Assembly (NCBI GenBank): GCA_963665125.2
Contig: CAXXUK010000002.1
Coordinates: 448,001-512,000 of the forward strand
Direction: 5' to 3'
DNA: 64,000 nucleotides
From: an uncultured Desulfarculus sp.
GTDB taxonomy: Bacteria > Desulfobacterota > Desulfarculia > Desulfarculales > Desulfarculaceae
Position 1 is the first letter of the stretch; the number at the start of each line of letters is the position of its first letter. This document shows positions 19,334 to 29,155 of this stretch, one piece after another. Below the pieces are notes generated by a model that did not search any database, was not told the origin of the DNA, and saw only the letters and a program-made list of their open reading frames with translations. Made by a program: the position numbers and the translations under genes.

Positions 19334-21253
19334 CTATTTGTCCTTGTTGTCTTCCTGCACCGGCACGCGGTCGCCGGTGCGGCTCAGTTCCATGGCCCCC
19401 CAGCCACCGGTGATGAGCCTGGGCTGATGGAAGGTGCAGACCTTGTAGTAATAGCCCTGGCCGTCTTTGGCCATTACGGCAGCGGCCATATGGCGCGACT
19501 TTACCGCGCTGTTGCCGCCCCTGACCCGGTCGATCCACCAGTCCTTGTCAATGATGTTGAGCCGGTAGATCTCCGGCCAGCCGGCGTCCTCGGCCAACTT
19601 GCGCATCTGGGCCTCCAGGCCCTTGTTGGTCATGCGCGCCGGAGGAAGGACCACCGAGTCGGCCGCTGCCTGGGATGCCTGCTCGGCCATGTCCTGGTAT
19701 GCCGCGAAGTCCGAACCTTGAATATCGAAGCCGCCCTGGGCATAGGTCTTGCCGTAGTAGGCAATGACGAAATCAACGGTGTGCTTGCCGGGCGCCAGCT
19801 TGCCCAGCTTGTCGAGCATCTCCATGGGGCCCTGACGCAGGGTGGCCGTGGTCTTGCCGTAAACAATGTCGGGGTCGGAATAGGCGGTTATCTGCTTGGG
19901 CGCGATCTCGAAGACCAGGTATTTGCGTTCCAGATACTGGGGGTTTTTGATCTCCACGAACTGGGCGTGGATGTTCTTGCCGTCAATCTTCACGTCAATG
20001 CGGACCGCGGCCTTGTTTTTATCGCCGTATATTTCGCTCAAGGGCTTGGTCAGCCGCGCCAGGGCGTAGATGTGGTCCCCGGCCTGGAAGCTGGTGGTCT
20101 GCCCGCCGGGGCCGGCCGGGTCGATGGGCTCCTTGGCGAAGACGAAGCCGCCCATGTCGGCCTGGGCCTCGGCCCTGTTCTTGGCGTAGATCGCGTGGTT
20201 GCTGTCGTAATTGGCCAGGTAGCGGCTCAGTTGCTTTTCCAGGCTCTGTAGCTCCATGGACTTGCCGCCGCTGAAATCGGTTTGCTGATATTGCCGCCAG
20301 AGCGGGGCTAACTCGGCGTGGATGGCTTCCCACCCCGCCCAGAGGTTGGCGTCGTCGGTGGCATAGGTGGCCAGGAGCTTGCCGCTGTAGGATTCCGTAA
20401 AGGGCTTGAGTTTTTCCACCCACTGTCCGTTCAGGGCCTCGGCATCCTTGGCGCCGGCCGCGGCCGCGTCCTTCCGGGTCTGATCGCCGGCCACCTGTTG
20501 CTCAAGGGCCTGCACCTTTTGCTTGGCCTGCTCCAGGTTTTGCCTGGCCTGCACCACCTCGGCATGGCCCATGGCCTGGGGATAGCCGGATGCTATCTGG
20601 TCCAAGTATCCCTGGGCATATTCCAGATGCATGGCCGCCTGCTTTGCCCGCCAGTCGGCGGAGAGATTTTTGGCCAGCACTTGGTCGACGTTTGCCAGCT
20701 CCTTGTCCAACTTGTCCAAGCGGTACTTGGCCCCGCTGGGCAATGCGGCTTGGCCGCTATCAGACGGCGGGGATGCTTGCAATTCAGGAGTCGCCGCGGT
20801 TTGTCCCGCGAGAGCTTCTTGGATTTGCTGGTCAACCTGGGCCAGCCTCCGGTCCGTTGCCACTACTTCCGGGTTTTTGGGCGAGAATTTACCCGCATAG
20901 CGTTTGTCAATCTCTTGGCGGTACGAATTGGCCCGCTTGAGATAGCTCTGTGCCCGTTTGGCCCGGTCCTGAGGGGTGCCCACACCCTTGCTTAGGGCCT
21001 TCTCTGCTTTGTCCAACTCTTTGTTGGCGCTTTTCAAGCGGCTGCTAACGCCACCAGGCAGTGCGTCGTCGTCAGCGGAGGTCAGGTGCTTGCTGGCCGT
21101 GTCAACGCTGCTTTTTACTTGATTTGCGGTGTTCACTGCGCTTTTGACATCATCAAGAAAACCTGCATGCGCGGCGGGAACGCAAAGGGCGGCGATGATC
21201 AACATGAATATGCCCAGAGTTGATTTGGGCAGGAACGGCGAACAGTGATACAT
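19334..21253 (-). CDS. Large secreted protein with internal helical duplication, unknown function
   Basis: AGGAG RBS before ATG 21253; signal peptide ending AHA-G; two ALP(G/S)G..RL...KEL...RAK.A..L..A..Y repeats. Confidence 0.7.
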   Translation of the reverse strand: MYHCSPFLPKSTLGIFMLIIAALCVPAAHAGFLDDVKSAVNTANQVKSSVDTASKHLTSADDDALPGGVSSRLKSANKELDKAEKALSKGVGTPQDRAKRAQSYLKRANSYRQEIDKRYAGKFSPKNPEVVATDRRLAQVDQQIQEALAGQTAATPELQASPPSDSGQAALPSGAKYRLDKLDKELANVDQVLAKNLSADWRAKQAAMHLEYAQGYLDQIASGYPQAMGHAEVVQARQNLEQAKQKVQALEQQVAGDQTRKDAAAAGAKDAEALNGQWVEKLKPFTESYSGKLLATYATDDANLWAGWEAIHAELAPLWRQYQQTDFSGGKSMELQSLEKQLSRYLANYDSNHAIYAKNRAEAQADMGGFVFAKEPIDPAGPGGQTTSFQAGDHIYALARLTKPLSEIYGDKNKAAVRIDVKIDGKNIHAQFVEIKNPQYLERKYLVFEIAPKQITAYSDPDIVYGKTTATLRQGPMEMLDKLGKLAPGKHTVDFVIAYYGKTYAQGGFDIQGSDFAAYQDMAEQASQAAADSVVLPPARMTNKGLEAQMRKLAEDAGWPEIYRLNIIDKDWWIDRVRGGNSAVKSRHMAAAVMAKDGQGYYYKVCTFHQPRLITGGWGAMELSRTGDRVPVQEDNKDK

Positions 21254-21504
21254 GGGCTGTCTCCTCAACGTTTCATTGTGGGTAGGCAGGCATTGGGGCC
21301 AACATAGCACAGCATTGATGGTAGTGTTCAATTAAAAGCATAATATAGGTAGGAATATTACATATGCTGCGAGTCACATGGTCTGTTGCCATTGGGCCGT
21401 GTGTTGGACCGGCAAAAAGAAGGCGCGTTGCCCGGCCACAGCTACGGATATGGAATTGAATTTTCAAGCCCTGACCAGACAGGCTAGTGCCATTTGCCCA
21501 ACGC

Positions 21505-22384
21505 CTAGATGGACGATGAAACCATGTCCACCGTATCCACCGTGTCCATACTGGTTAGTTTCCGCACCTCCCGCTCAGCGGCCACGGGGTCGTGGTTGGC
21601 CTGGTCCATGGCCTTGGACAACTTGTTGTAAAAGTCGTGTTTTTGTTGCAACTCGGCCCGCTGCTGCGGCGTTTTGGCGCTGTTGATCCGGTGCTCCAAC
21701 AGGGGCAGGACCTTGCTCTTGATGTCCTTGCTGGTGCCCCGATGGATCTCCCAATTTTGGTTGTCGGTGAACGCCCCGCCATGGCGGCGCATCTCATGGG
21801 CCTTGACCAGGGTCACCCGGCCGGCGTCCTCGGCGTATCTGGGGTCCAGGCGGCTGCGCGGGTCCATGCCGGCCTGGTGCATCCGCTGCACGTGCAGCCA
21901 GTTGGTGTCGGGATAGGCCTCCAGGTGCTTGCTGGTGGTTACGTTCTGACAGGCGTCAACGGCCCTGCGTCCGCCGGAGTTGCGGGCGTAGACCACATTG
22001 AAACGGTCCTGGACCATGGCGTTGGCCGTGTACAGGTCCAGGCACTCAACTTGGCCGGTCTTGGGATTGCGCCAACGGACCACGTTGCCCGTGGCGGAGT
22101 TCATGGCCAGGTCCAGGTCCATGCCCGGCGATGTGTTGCCCGCGTTGCGGATGGGTTTGAAACTAAGTTCGTTGGTGTCGAAACCCTGGCGGGCCAGATC
22201 CTGTTTCATTTCCCGGACGATCTTGTTGGTGTGCCTGCGGTCCCAGGTATTGTAGGCCGCCTTTTCCTGGGCGGTGGCGTTGAACTTCAGATAGCCCTTG
22301 GCATGGGGCGCGTTCTTGATGGCCGCCGTCTGGTCCATGATCCGCTTTTCCAGCAGGCGCAGCTGCTGACGGCCCTGGCCCGAC
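21505..22384 (-). pseudogene. 3' fragment of a larger gene truncated by IS3
   Basis: Strongly coding-like frame runs into the IS end; the ORF-track N-terminus MSVKTGLDQ is IS inverted-repeat sequence. Confidence 0.7.
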
Positions 22385-22447
22385 TGATCCAGCCCAGTTT
22401 TGACGGACACGCGTTTAAGCGAGTAAATTGCTTAACGGAGGTGTTCT

Positions 22448-22747
22448 ATGCCATCACAGAAGAGCCAGAAAAAATCCACCAGGCGGCGCTATTCGCCGGA
22501 ATTCAAGATTGAGGCGCTGGGCTTGGCCGAGCAAGTGGGCGTGACTGGTGCTGCCAAGCAGCTTGGCCTGCATGAGTCCCAGGTTTATGCTTGGCGCAAG
22601 AAAGCCCGATATGAGGCAAGCCGCAGTGAGACCGAGAAGGAACTGGCGGTGGAAAACGCCCGGCTGAAGCGGCAGCTTGCCAAGCAGGCCGAGGAGATTG
22701 AAATCTTAAAAAAGGCAAGCGCGTACTTCGCGAAAAGCCTGAAGTGA
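22448..22747 (+). CDS. IS3 transposase OrfA
   Basis: RRYSPEFK..A..HTH..WRK and leucine-zipper ENARLKRQL...EILKKA. Confidence 0.9.
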   Translation: MPSQKSQKKSTRRRYSPEFKIEALGLAEQVGVTGAAKQLGLHESQVYAWRKKARYEASRSETEKELAVENARLKRQLAKQAEEIEILKKASAYFAKSLK

Positions 22748-23609
22748 AGTACGCGTTCATGCAGCAAAACGCAGGCACATACAGCATCACGGCGCAATCC
22801 GAGGCCTTTGGCGTATCGCGTGGCGGGTATTATGGCTGGCGGCGCAGGTTGCAAAATCCCAGCCAAAGGCAGGTGGAGCGTGAGAGGCTCGATCACCTGG
22901 TGAAAGAAGCCTTTGAAGTTCGCAAGGGCCGTAGCGGAGCAGTTGGGCTGACTCTCGATCTTGATGAGCAGGGCTGCAAATACAACCGCAAAACAGTGGC
23001 CAAAAGCATGAATAGGCAGGGCCTTGTAGCTAAAGCGGGCAGGAAGTTCAAGGCCACCACGGATTCGGATCACGGTAGGCCGGTGGCTCCAAATCTGTTG
23101 GCCCAGGACTTTAGCGCAACCGCTCCAAATCAGAAGTGGGTCTGCGACATCACCTACCTTTGGACCGGCGAGGGCTGGTTGTATCTGGCAGTGGTGCTCG
23201 ACCTGTTTTCGCGCATGGTGGTGGGCTGGGCCATGGATAAGCGTATGAAAGAAGACCTGGTCTGTGACGCATTGCAGATGGCCTTGTGGCGGCGGCATAT
23301 GCCCAAAGGTGTGATGGTCCATTCGGATCGTGGCGCCAGTACTGCTCCCGGAAATACCAGGCCCTCTTGGCCAAACGTGAACTGGTTTGCAGCATGAGCG
23401 GTAAGGGCAACTGTTATGACAACGCCGTGGCCGAAAGCTTCTTCCATACCCTCAAGGTGGAGTTGGTTCATGGCGAAAGCTTCGCCACTCGACAGGACTT
23501 ACGCCGGGCCGTATTCGAGTATATCGAGGTTGACTACAACCGTAACAGGAGGCACAGTGCCAATGGCTACATCAGCCCGCTGGCCTTTGAAAACCAAATT
23601 GTCGCTTAA
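22744..23609 (+). pseudogene. IS3 transposase OrfB (DDE), frameshifted near 23335
   Basis: WVCDITYL...HSDRG in one frame, (S)QYCS...[12 protein letters not shown] in another; sequence GATCGTGGC-GCCAGTAC lacks one base. Confidence 0.85.
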
Positions 23610-24255
23610 CCAACTGTCCGTTGTTGATGGGCTGGATCAGTTTGGGTCCAGATCTGTTTGGCTCATTGCCGGACCACACAGTAACACCACAACGGCCAGT
23701 GCCGTGACGATCTGGCGTTTAATGCTTATCCCTTAATGGTGTGGAGCCTCGGTCGCTTTCCATTGTTCATTATCTATACATAGCACAATGTACATCCGGA
23801 TCGAACCAATAGGATTACGCCACGGTTGAGCGCCTGCGGACCGTCCCGGATAAGTCTCGTTAATTATCTTATTTAATTAATATAATAATGATAAGCCATC
23901 GGACTGATACTGCCGGTGGAACACCGGTGCGCTAGGTGTAGGCGGACCGTGGCCATTCTTCTGAGGAGACAACAAAGCTTAATGTCCTAACAAGTAATCT
24001 AGGCATGTTATGCGACTATTATTTTTGCTAATAAAATAAAATGAACGAATGTTAAAGAGCGGCATTCAATATAATTACTTATAAAAAGCAATAAAAATAG
24101 ATATGCAAGTAAAGAAAATCAGAAAAAATTGCAATAGCAGTATTATTTTATGATGAATTTCGTTCATTGCTTTTGCTATGATCATCAATATTCGTAAACA
24201 GCGTTTACGGGGAAAATCGCCAACGGTGTGTAACCAACAAAAAAATGGAGCAAAA

Positions 24256-25602
24256 ATGCCGGGGAATAAATTGAAACTTTTCGTCTTCTCAGTGGTCTGC
24301 GTCCTGCTTATGGCTATTGCCGTCTGCGGAGCCAACAAGGCCGAGGCCTTTGAGCCGTTTAAGAGCGACCTGACCAAATTTGACCCGCACAACCAACAGT
24401 TTCCGCCGCTGTCCGATGACGTGATCAAGGTCGGTATTTTCTGGCCCTTTACCGGACCGGCCGCCATCAACGGCCAGATCTACTGGTTGACCATCGGCAT
24501 GGCCGTATACGACATCAACAGCCAGGGCGGCTTGATGATCGGCGGCAAGAAGAAAAAGATCGTTTTGATCAAGGGCGACCATCAGATGAAGCCCACGGTG
24601 GCCAAGCGGGCCATGGAAAAGCTGTGCCTGGAGGACAAAGTCGACCTGATCATCGGCACCACCGGCACGCACCTGAACCTGGTCGGCCAGCAGGTGGCGG
24701 CCAAATACGGCAAGATTTACCTGAACGTGGCCTCGCTAGCGGACTCGCTGATGCAGGGTAATAACTGGAACAAATACACCTTCCGCACCTGCGTGACCAA
24801 CAGCATGCTGGCCAAGGCACTGGCTCAGTACTATGCCACCCGCCCCGAGAAAAAGTTCTACATTTTGTGCCAGGACTATACCTATGGCCACAACCTGGCT
24901 AAAAACTTTAAAGAAGCCCTCAAGATCACGCGCCCCGACGCCGAGATCGTCGGCGAGGACTACCATCCGCTGTTTGTCAAGGACTTCGCTCCGTATCTGA
25001 CAAAAATCAAAGCCTCCGGCGCCGAGGTCATCATGTCCGGCGACTATACTCCGGATCTGGACAACCTCACCAAACAAGCGGATCAGTTGGGCGTGAACCT
25101 GCCTATAGCCGGTCCGTTCACCATGAACCCGATACCATTTGAGAGCATCAAGCCGCCACATGGCAGGGGCATGGTGAGCACCGTCTCCTACGCGACCAAC
25201 TACACCAAACCCGGTAACATGGAACTGATGACCAAGTGGAATGCGGCGTGGAAAACCTGGAAGGCCCCGCTTTACAATGGCCCCCTGTTCAAGTGGCCCA
25301 TAGGCATCCTGCCCCAGTCCATGATCGGCGCCTATTGGCTGTTCAAGGTCGTGGAAAAGGCCGACTCCCTTGATGCCGACAAGATCATCGCCGCCTGGGA
25401 AGGCGATGAAATCGAACTCTTCGACAACAAATACAAGATGCGCGCCTGTGACCACCAGGCCATCTTTGAAATGAGCGGCTCTTCAGCGGATTGGCCCAAC
25501 GTTTTCTTTGAGAAGGCCGCGGCCATGGTGAACGTCGTCGTCATTCCGGCTGACAAATGCAGCCAGCCTTTGCCCAAGGACCTGCCCCAGTGCAATAAAT
25601 AA
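24256..25602 (+). CDS. ABC transporter substrate-binding protein, LivJ/branched-chain type (paralog 1)
   Basis: Signal peptide (AEA-F); IKVG..PFTGPAA, QDYTYG, DFAPYLTKIK, MRACDHQ. Confidence 0.88.
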   Translation: MPGNKLKLFVFSVVCVLLMAIAVCGANKAEAFEPFKSDLTKFDPHNQQFPPLSDDVIKVGIFWPFTGPAAINGQIYWLTIGMAVYDINSQGGLMIGGKKKKIVLIKGDHQMKPTVAKRAMEKLCLEDKVDLIIGTTGTHLNLVGQQVAAKYGKIYLNVASLADSLMQGNNWNKYTFRTCVTNSMLAKALAQYYATRPEKKFYILCQDYTYGHNLAKNFKEALKITRPDAEIVGEDYHPLFVKDFAPYLTKIKASGAEVIMSGDYTPDLDNLTKQADQLGVNLPIAGPFTMNPIPFESIKPPHGRGMVSTVSYATNYTKPGNMELMTKWNAAWKTWKAPLYNGPLFKWPIGILPQSMIGAYWLFKVVEKADSLDADKIIAAWEGDEIELFDNKYKMRACDHQAIFEMSGSSADWPNVFFEKAAAMVNVVVIPADKCSQPLPKDLPQCNK

Positions 25603-25620
25603 GACCCGGTTAATATAGGT

Positions 25621-25665
25621 AAAAAGGCCCGGCCGCGATGGTTGAATCGCGGCCGGGCCTTTTTT
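25621..25665 (+). terminator. Terminator (conserved after all three SBP genes)
   Basis: AAAAAGGCCCGGCCGCGAT...ATCGCGGCCGGGCCTTTTTT. Confidence 0.85.
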
Positions 25666-25943
25666 GTGGCCGGGTTTGGTCCTTGCGATCTTGTAATCCG
25701 TTACTATAGATATCGTCAAAATATTAAACCGTATCGACGTAGTATCGCCATAATGAGAAACGCTTATGGAACTAACCGCCAAAAAAAAATATAGCAGTAC
25801 ATAATTTCGCAATAAAATAAAATACCGGTGTTATTTTTATTAACTTTAGGCATCGTTTTTGTTATGTTCTGCGACAATCATAAACGGTGTTTATACGGAC
25901 CGATTTTCAACGGTGTGTAGCCAACAAAAGAAATGGAGTTAAA

Positions 25944-27290
25944 GTGCCGGGGAATAAATCAAAATTCATCGTTTTCTCAGTAATTTGCGCAATGTTGCTA
26001 ACGGTAGCTTTGTGCGGTGTGAACAAGGCCGAGGCCTTTGAGCCGTTCAAGGGTGACCTGACCAGCTTTGATCCCCACAACCAACAATTTCCCCCGCTGT
26101 CCGACGATGTGATCAAGGTCGGCATTTTCTGGCCCTTTACCGGCCCCGCGGCCGTCAACGGCCAGATCTACTGGCTGACCATCGGCCTGGCCGTGCACGA
26201 CATCAACAGCCAGGGCGGTTTGATGATAGGCGGCAAGAAGAAAAAGATCGTTTTGATCAAGGGCGACCATCAGATGAAGCCCACCGTGGCCAAGCGGGCC
26301 ATGGAAAAGCTGTGCCTGGAAGACAAGGTCGACCTGATCATCGGCACCACCGGCACGCACCTGAACCTGGTCGGCCAGCAGGTGGCGGCCAAGTACGGCA
26401 AGATTTACCTGACCGTGGCCTCCCTGGCGGACTCGCTGATGCAGGGCAAAAACTGGAACAAGTACACTTTCCGCACCTGCGCCACCAACAGCATGCTGGC
26501 CACGGCCCTAGCCAAGTTTTATGCCACCCGCCCCGAGAAAAAATTCTACATATTGTGCCAGGACTATACCTATGGCCACAATTTCGCGACGAACTTCAAA
26601 AACGCGCTCAAAGTCACGCGTCCTGACGCCGAGATCGTTGGTGAAGACTACCATCCCCTGTTTGCCAAGGACTTCGCCCCGTACCTGACCAAGATCAAGG
26701 GTACGGATGCCCAGGTGATCATTTCCGCCGACTTCACCCCGGACCTGGACAACCTGACCAAACAGTCGGACCAGCTGGGCATCGGCCTGCCCATCGCCGG
26801 GCCGTTCACGGCCAACCCGATTCCGCTTCAGACCATCAAGCCGCCTCACGGCAAGGGCTTTGTGGCCGCCCAGTCCTACATGACCATCTTCAACAAGCCG
26901 GGCAACGTCGAGTTGATGAACAAGTGGCATGAGTGCTGGAAAAACTGGCAGGCCCCGCTGTACAACGGCCCCCTGTTCAAATGGCCTCTGGGCATCCTGC
27001 CCCAGTCCATGATCGGCGCCTACTGGCTGTTCAAGGTCATTGAAAAGGCCGACTCCCTTGACGCCGACAAGATCATCGCCGCCTGGGAAGGCGATGAGAT
27101 CGAGCTCTTCGGCAACAAGTACAAGATGCGCGCCTGCGACCACCAGGCCATCTTTGACATGAACGCCTCGGAGATGAGCTGGCCCAACAATTTCTATGAC
27201 AAGGCCGCGACCCCGGTGAACGTCGTCACTATTCCGGCCGCCGAGTGCACCCAGCCCCTGCCCACGGATCTGCCCCAGTGCAATAAATAA
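25944..27290 (+). CDS. LivJ-type substrate-binding protein (paralog 2)
   Basis: GTG start after GGAG; highly similar to paralog 1. Confidence 0.88.
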   Translation: MPGNKSKFIVFSVICAMLLTVALCGVNKAEAFEPFKGDLTSFDPHNQQFPPLSDDVIKVGIFWPFTGPAAVNGQIYWLTIGLAVHDINSQGGLMIGGKKKKIVLIKGDHQMKPTVAKRAMEKLCLEDKVDLIIGTTGTHLNLVGQQVAAKYGKIYLTVASLADSLMQGKNWNKYTFRTCATNSMLATALAKFYATRPEKKFYILCQDYTYGHNFATNFKNALKVTRPDAEIVGEDYHPLFAKDFAPYLTKIKGTDAQVIISADFTPDLDNLTKQSDQLGIGLPIAGPFTANPIPLQTIKPPHGKGFVAAQSYMTIFNKPGNVELMNKWHECWKNWQAPLYNGPLFKWPLGILPQSMIGAYWLFKVIEKADSLDADKIIAAWEGDEIELFGNKYKMRACDHQAIFDMNASEMSWPNNFYDKAATPVNVVTIPAAECTQPLPTDLPQCNK

Positions 27291-27313
27291 GTTGCGCTTG
27301 AAATAGGCGAAAT

Positions 27314-27353
27314 GGCCCGGCCGCGGTGGTTGATCCGCGGCCGGGCCTTTTTT
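27314..27353 (+). terminator. Terminator
   Basis: GGCCCGGCCGCGG...CCGCGGCCGGGCC + T6. Confidence 0.85.
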
Positions 27354-27720
27354 GTGCGCGGTTTTTTCCAAGGGGGCGTTGGGTGAGCGGCCGTCGCCGG
27401 CCCGGCCAAGGCGCCTGCCTGCGGTCCCGGGACTCGTAGGCCAAGCGGCTTTGGCTTTTAGCTATTGTGCAATATTGACCTATAAATATCGCCAAAAAAA
27501 TAAAATTCAACAACAAGGTATTGCTAATAATAAAAATACACATTGGAACAAGCGGGCAAAATAAGTATATGAATTTATAAAATTGCAAAAAAATAAAATC
27601 ACGGTGTTTTTTATTGTTAACATTGTGCGGTGTTTTTGTTATCTTCTGCAACGATCATGAACGGTGTTTTTACGGACCGATCATCCACGGTGTGTAGACA
27701 ACAAAGGAAATGGAGTTAAA

Positions 27721-29067
27721 ATGCCGGGAAATAAATCAAAAATAATCGTGATTACAATGATTTGCGCTATGTTTGTGGCTATTGCCGTATGCGGCGTGAA
27801 CAAGGCGCAGGCCTTTGAGCCCTTTAAGAGCGACCTGACCACCTTTGATCCTCACAACCAAAAGTTCCCGCCGGATTCCGACGATGTAATCAAAGTCGGG
27901 CTTTTTTTCCCCTTCACGGGTCCGGGAGCTATTAACGGCCATATTTACTGGCTGACTATCGGCCTGGCCGTGCACGATATCAACAGCCAGGGCGGCGTGA
28001 CGGTCGACGGCAAGAAAAAGAAGATCATCTTGATCAAGGGCGACAACCAAATGAAGCCCGCGGTGGCCAAAAGAGCCATGGAAAAGCTGTGCCTGGAAGA
28101 CGATGTTGATTTCATCATCGGCGCCCCAGGCTCGCACATCTGCTTGATCGGCCAGCAGGTGGCGGCCAAGTACAAGAAGATTTACATGACCGTGGCCGCG
28201 CTTTCGGACTCCTTGATGCAGGGCAAAAACTGGAACAAGTACACTTTCCGCACCTGCGCCACCAACTCCATGTTTGCCAGAGGTTTGGCCGGGTTCTACG
28301 CCAAGCGTCCGGAAAAGAAATTCTATATTCTTTGCCAGGATTACACCTATGGCCACCTCTTTGCGAAAAACTTCAAGGACGCGCTTCTGGCCCTCCGTCC
28401 GGATGCCGAGTTTGTCGGAGAAGACTACCATCCGCTGTTTGCCAAGGATTATGCCCCGTACCTGACCAAGATCAAGGGAAGCGGCGCCGAGGTCATCATC
28501 ACCGGTGATTTCAACCCGGACAGCGATAACCTGATCAAGCAGGCCGACCAGCTTGGCATCAACCTGCCCATGGCCGGGCCCTTCATCGACAGCCCGATTC
28601 CCCTGCAGACCATCAAGCCGCCCCATGGCAGGGGTTTGGTTCCCATCCATTCCTATATGACCCTTTTAAACAAGCCCGGGAACGTGGAGTTCATGAACAA
28701 GTGGCACGAGGCCTGGAAAAACTGGAAGGCCCCGCTTTACAACAGCACCATGTTCAAGTGGCCCGGCAGCATTCTGGCCCAGACCACCATCAGCACTTAC
28801 TGGCTGTTCAAGGTCGTGGAAAAAGCTAATTCCATTGATCCTGACAAGATTATCGCCGCATGGGAAGGTGATGAAGTCGAGATCTTCGGCAACAAGTACA
28901 AGATGCGTCCCTGCGACCACCAGGCCATCATTGACATGAACGCCTCCGAACTGAGCTGGCCCAACGACTTTTACGAGAAGGCTGCCGCTCCGGTCAACGT
29001 CGTGACGATTCCGGCCGCCGAATGCACCCAGCCCTTGCCCACAGATCTGCCCCGGTGCAATAAATAG
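27721..29067 (+). CDS. LivJ-type substrate-binding protein (paralog 3)
   Basis: ATG after GGAG; similar to paralogs 1 and 2. Confidence 0.88.
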   Translation: MPGNKSKIIVITMICAMFVAIAVCGVNKAQAFEPFKSDLTTFDPHNQKFPPDSDDVIKVGLFFPFTGPGAINGHIYWLTIGLAVHDINSQGGVTVDGKKKKIILIKGDNQMKPAVAKRAMEKLCLEDDVDFIIGAPGSHICLIGQQVAAKYKKIYMTVAALSDSLMQGKNWNKYTFRTCATNSMFARGLAGFYAKRPEKKFYILCQDYTYGHLFAKNFKDALLALRPDAEFVGEDYHPLFAKDYAPYLTKIKGSGAEVIITGDFNPDSDNLIKQADQLGINLPMAGPFIDSPIPLQTIKPPHGRGLVPIHSYMTLLNKPGNVEFMNKWHEAWKNWKAPLYNSTMFKWPGSILAQTTISTYWLFKVVEKANSIDPDKIIAAWEGDEVEIFGNKYKMRPCDHQAIIDMNASELSWPNDFYEKAAAPVNVVTIPAAECTQPLPTDLPRCNK

Positions 29068-29090
29068 GCTGCGTTTGACATAGGCAATAA

Positions 29091-29129
29091 GGCCCGGCCG
29101 CGGTGGTTGATCCGCAGCCGGGCTTTTTT
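29091..29129 (+). terminator. Terminator
   Basis: GCCCGGCCGCGG...CCGCAGCCGGGC + T6. Confidence 0.8.
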
Positions 29130-29155
29130 ATTCGGTAATTTAGGGGGGAGGCCGG

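Larger units (their letters stand above)
22385..23639 (+). mobile_element. IS3-family insertion sequence (no target-site duplication)
   Basis: IRL TGATCCAGCCCAGTTTTGACGGACA / IRR revcomp TGATCCAGCCCATCAACAACGGACA; TG...CA ends; orfA/orfB with A6G slippery site at 22708-22714. Confidence 0.93.
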
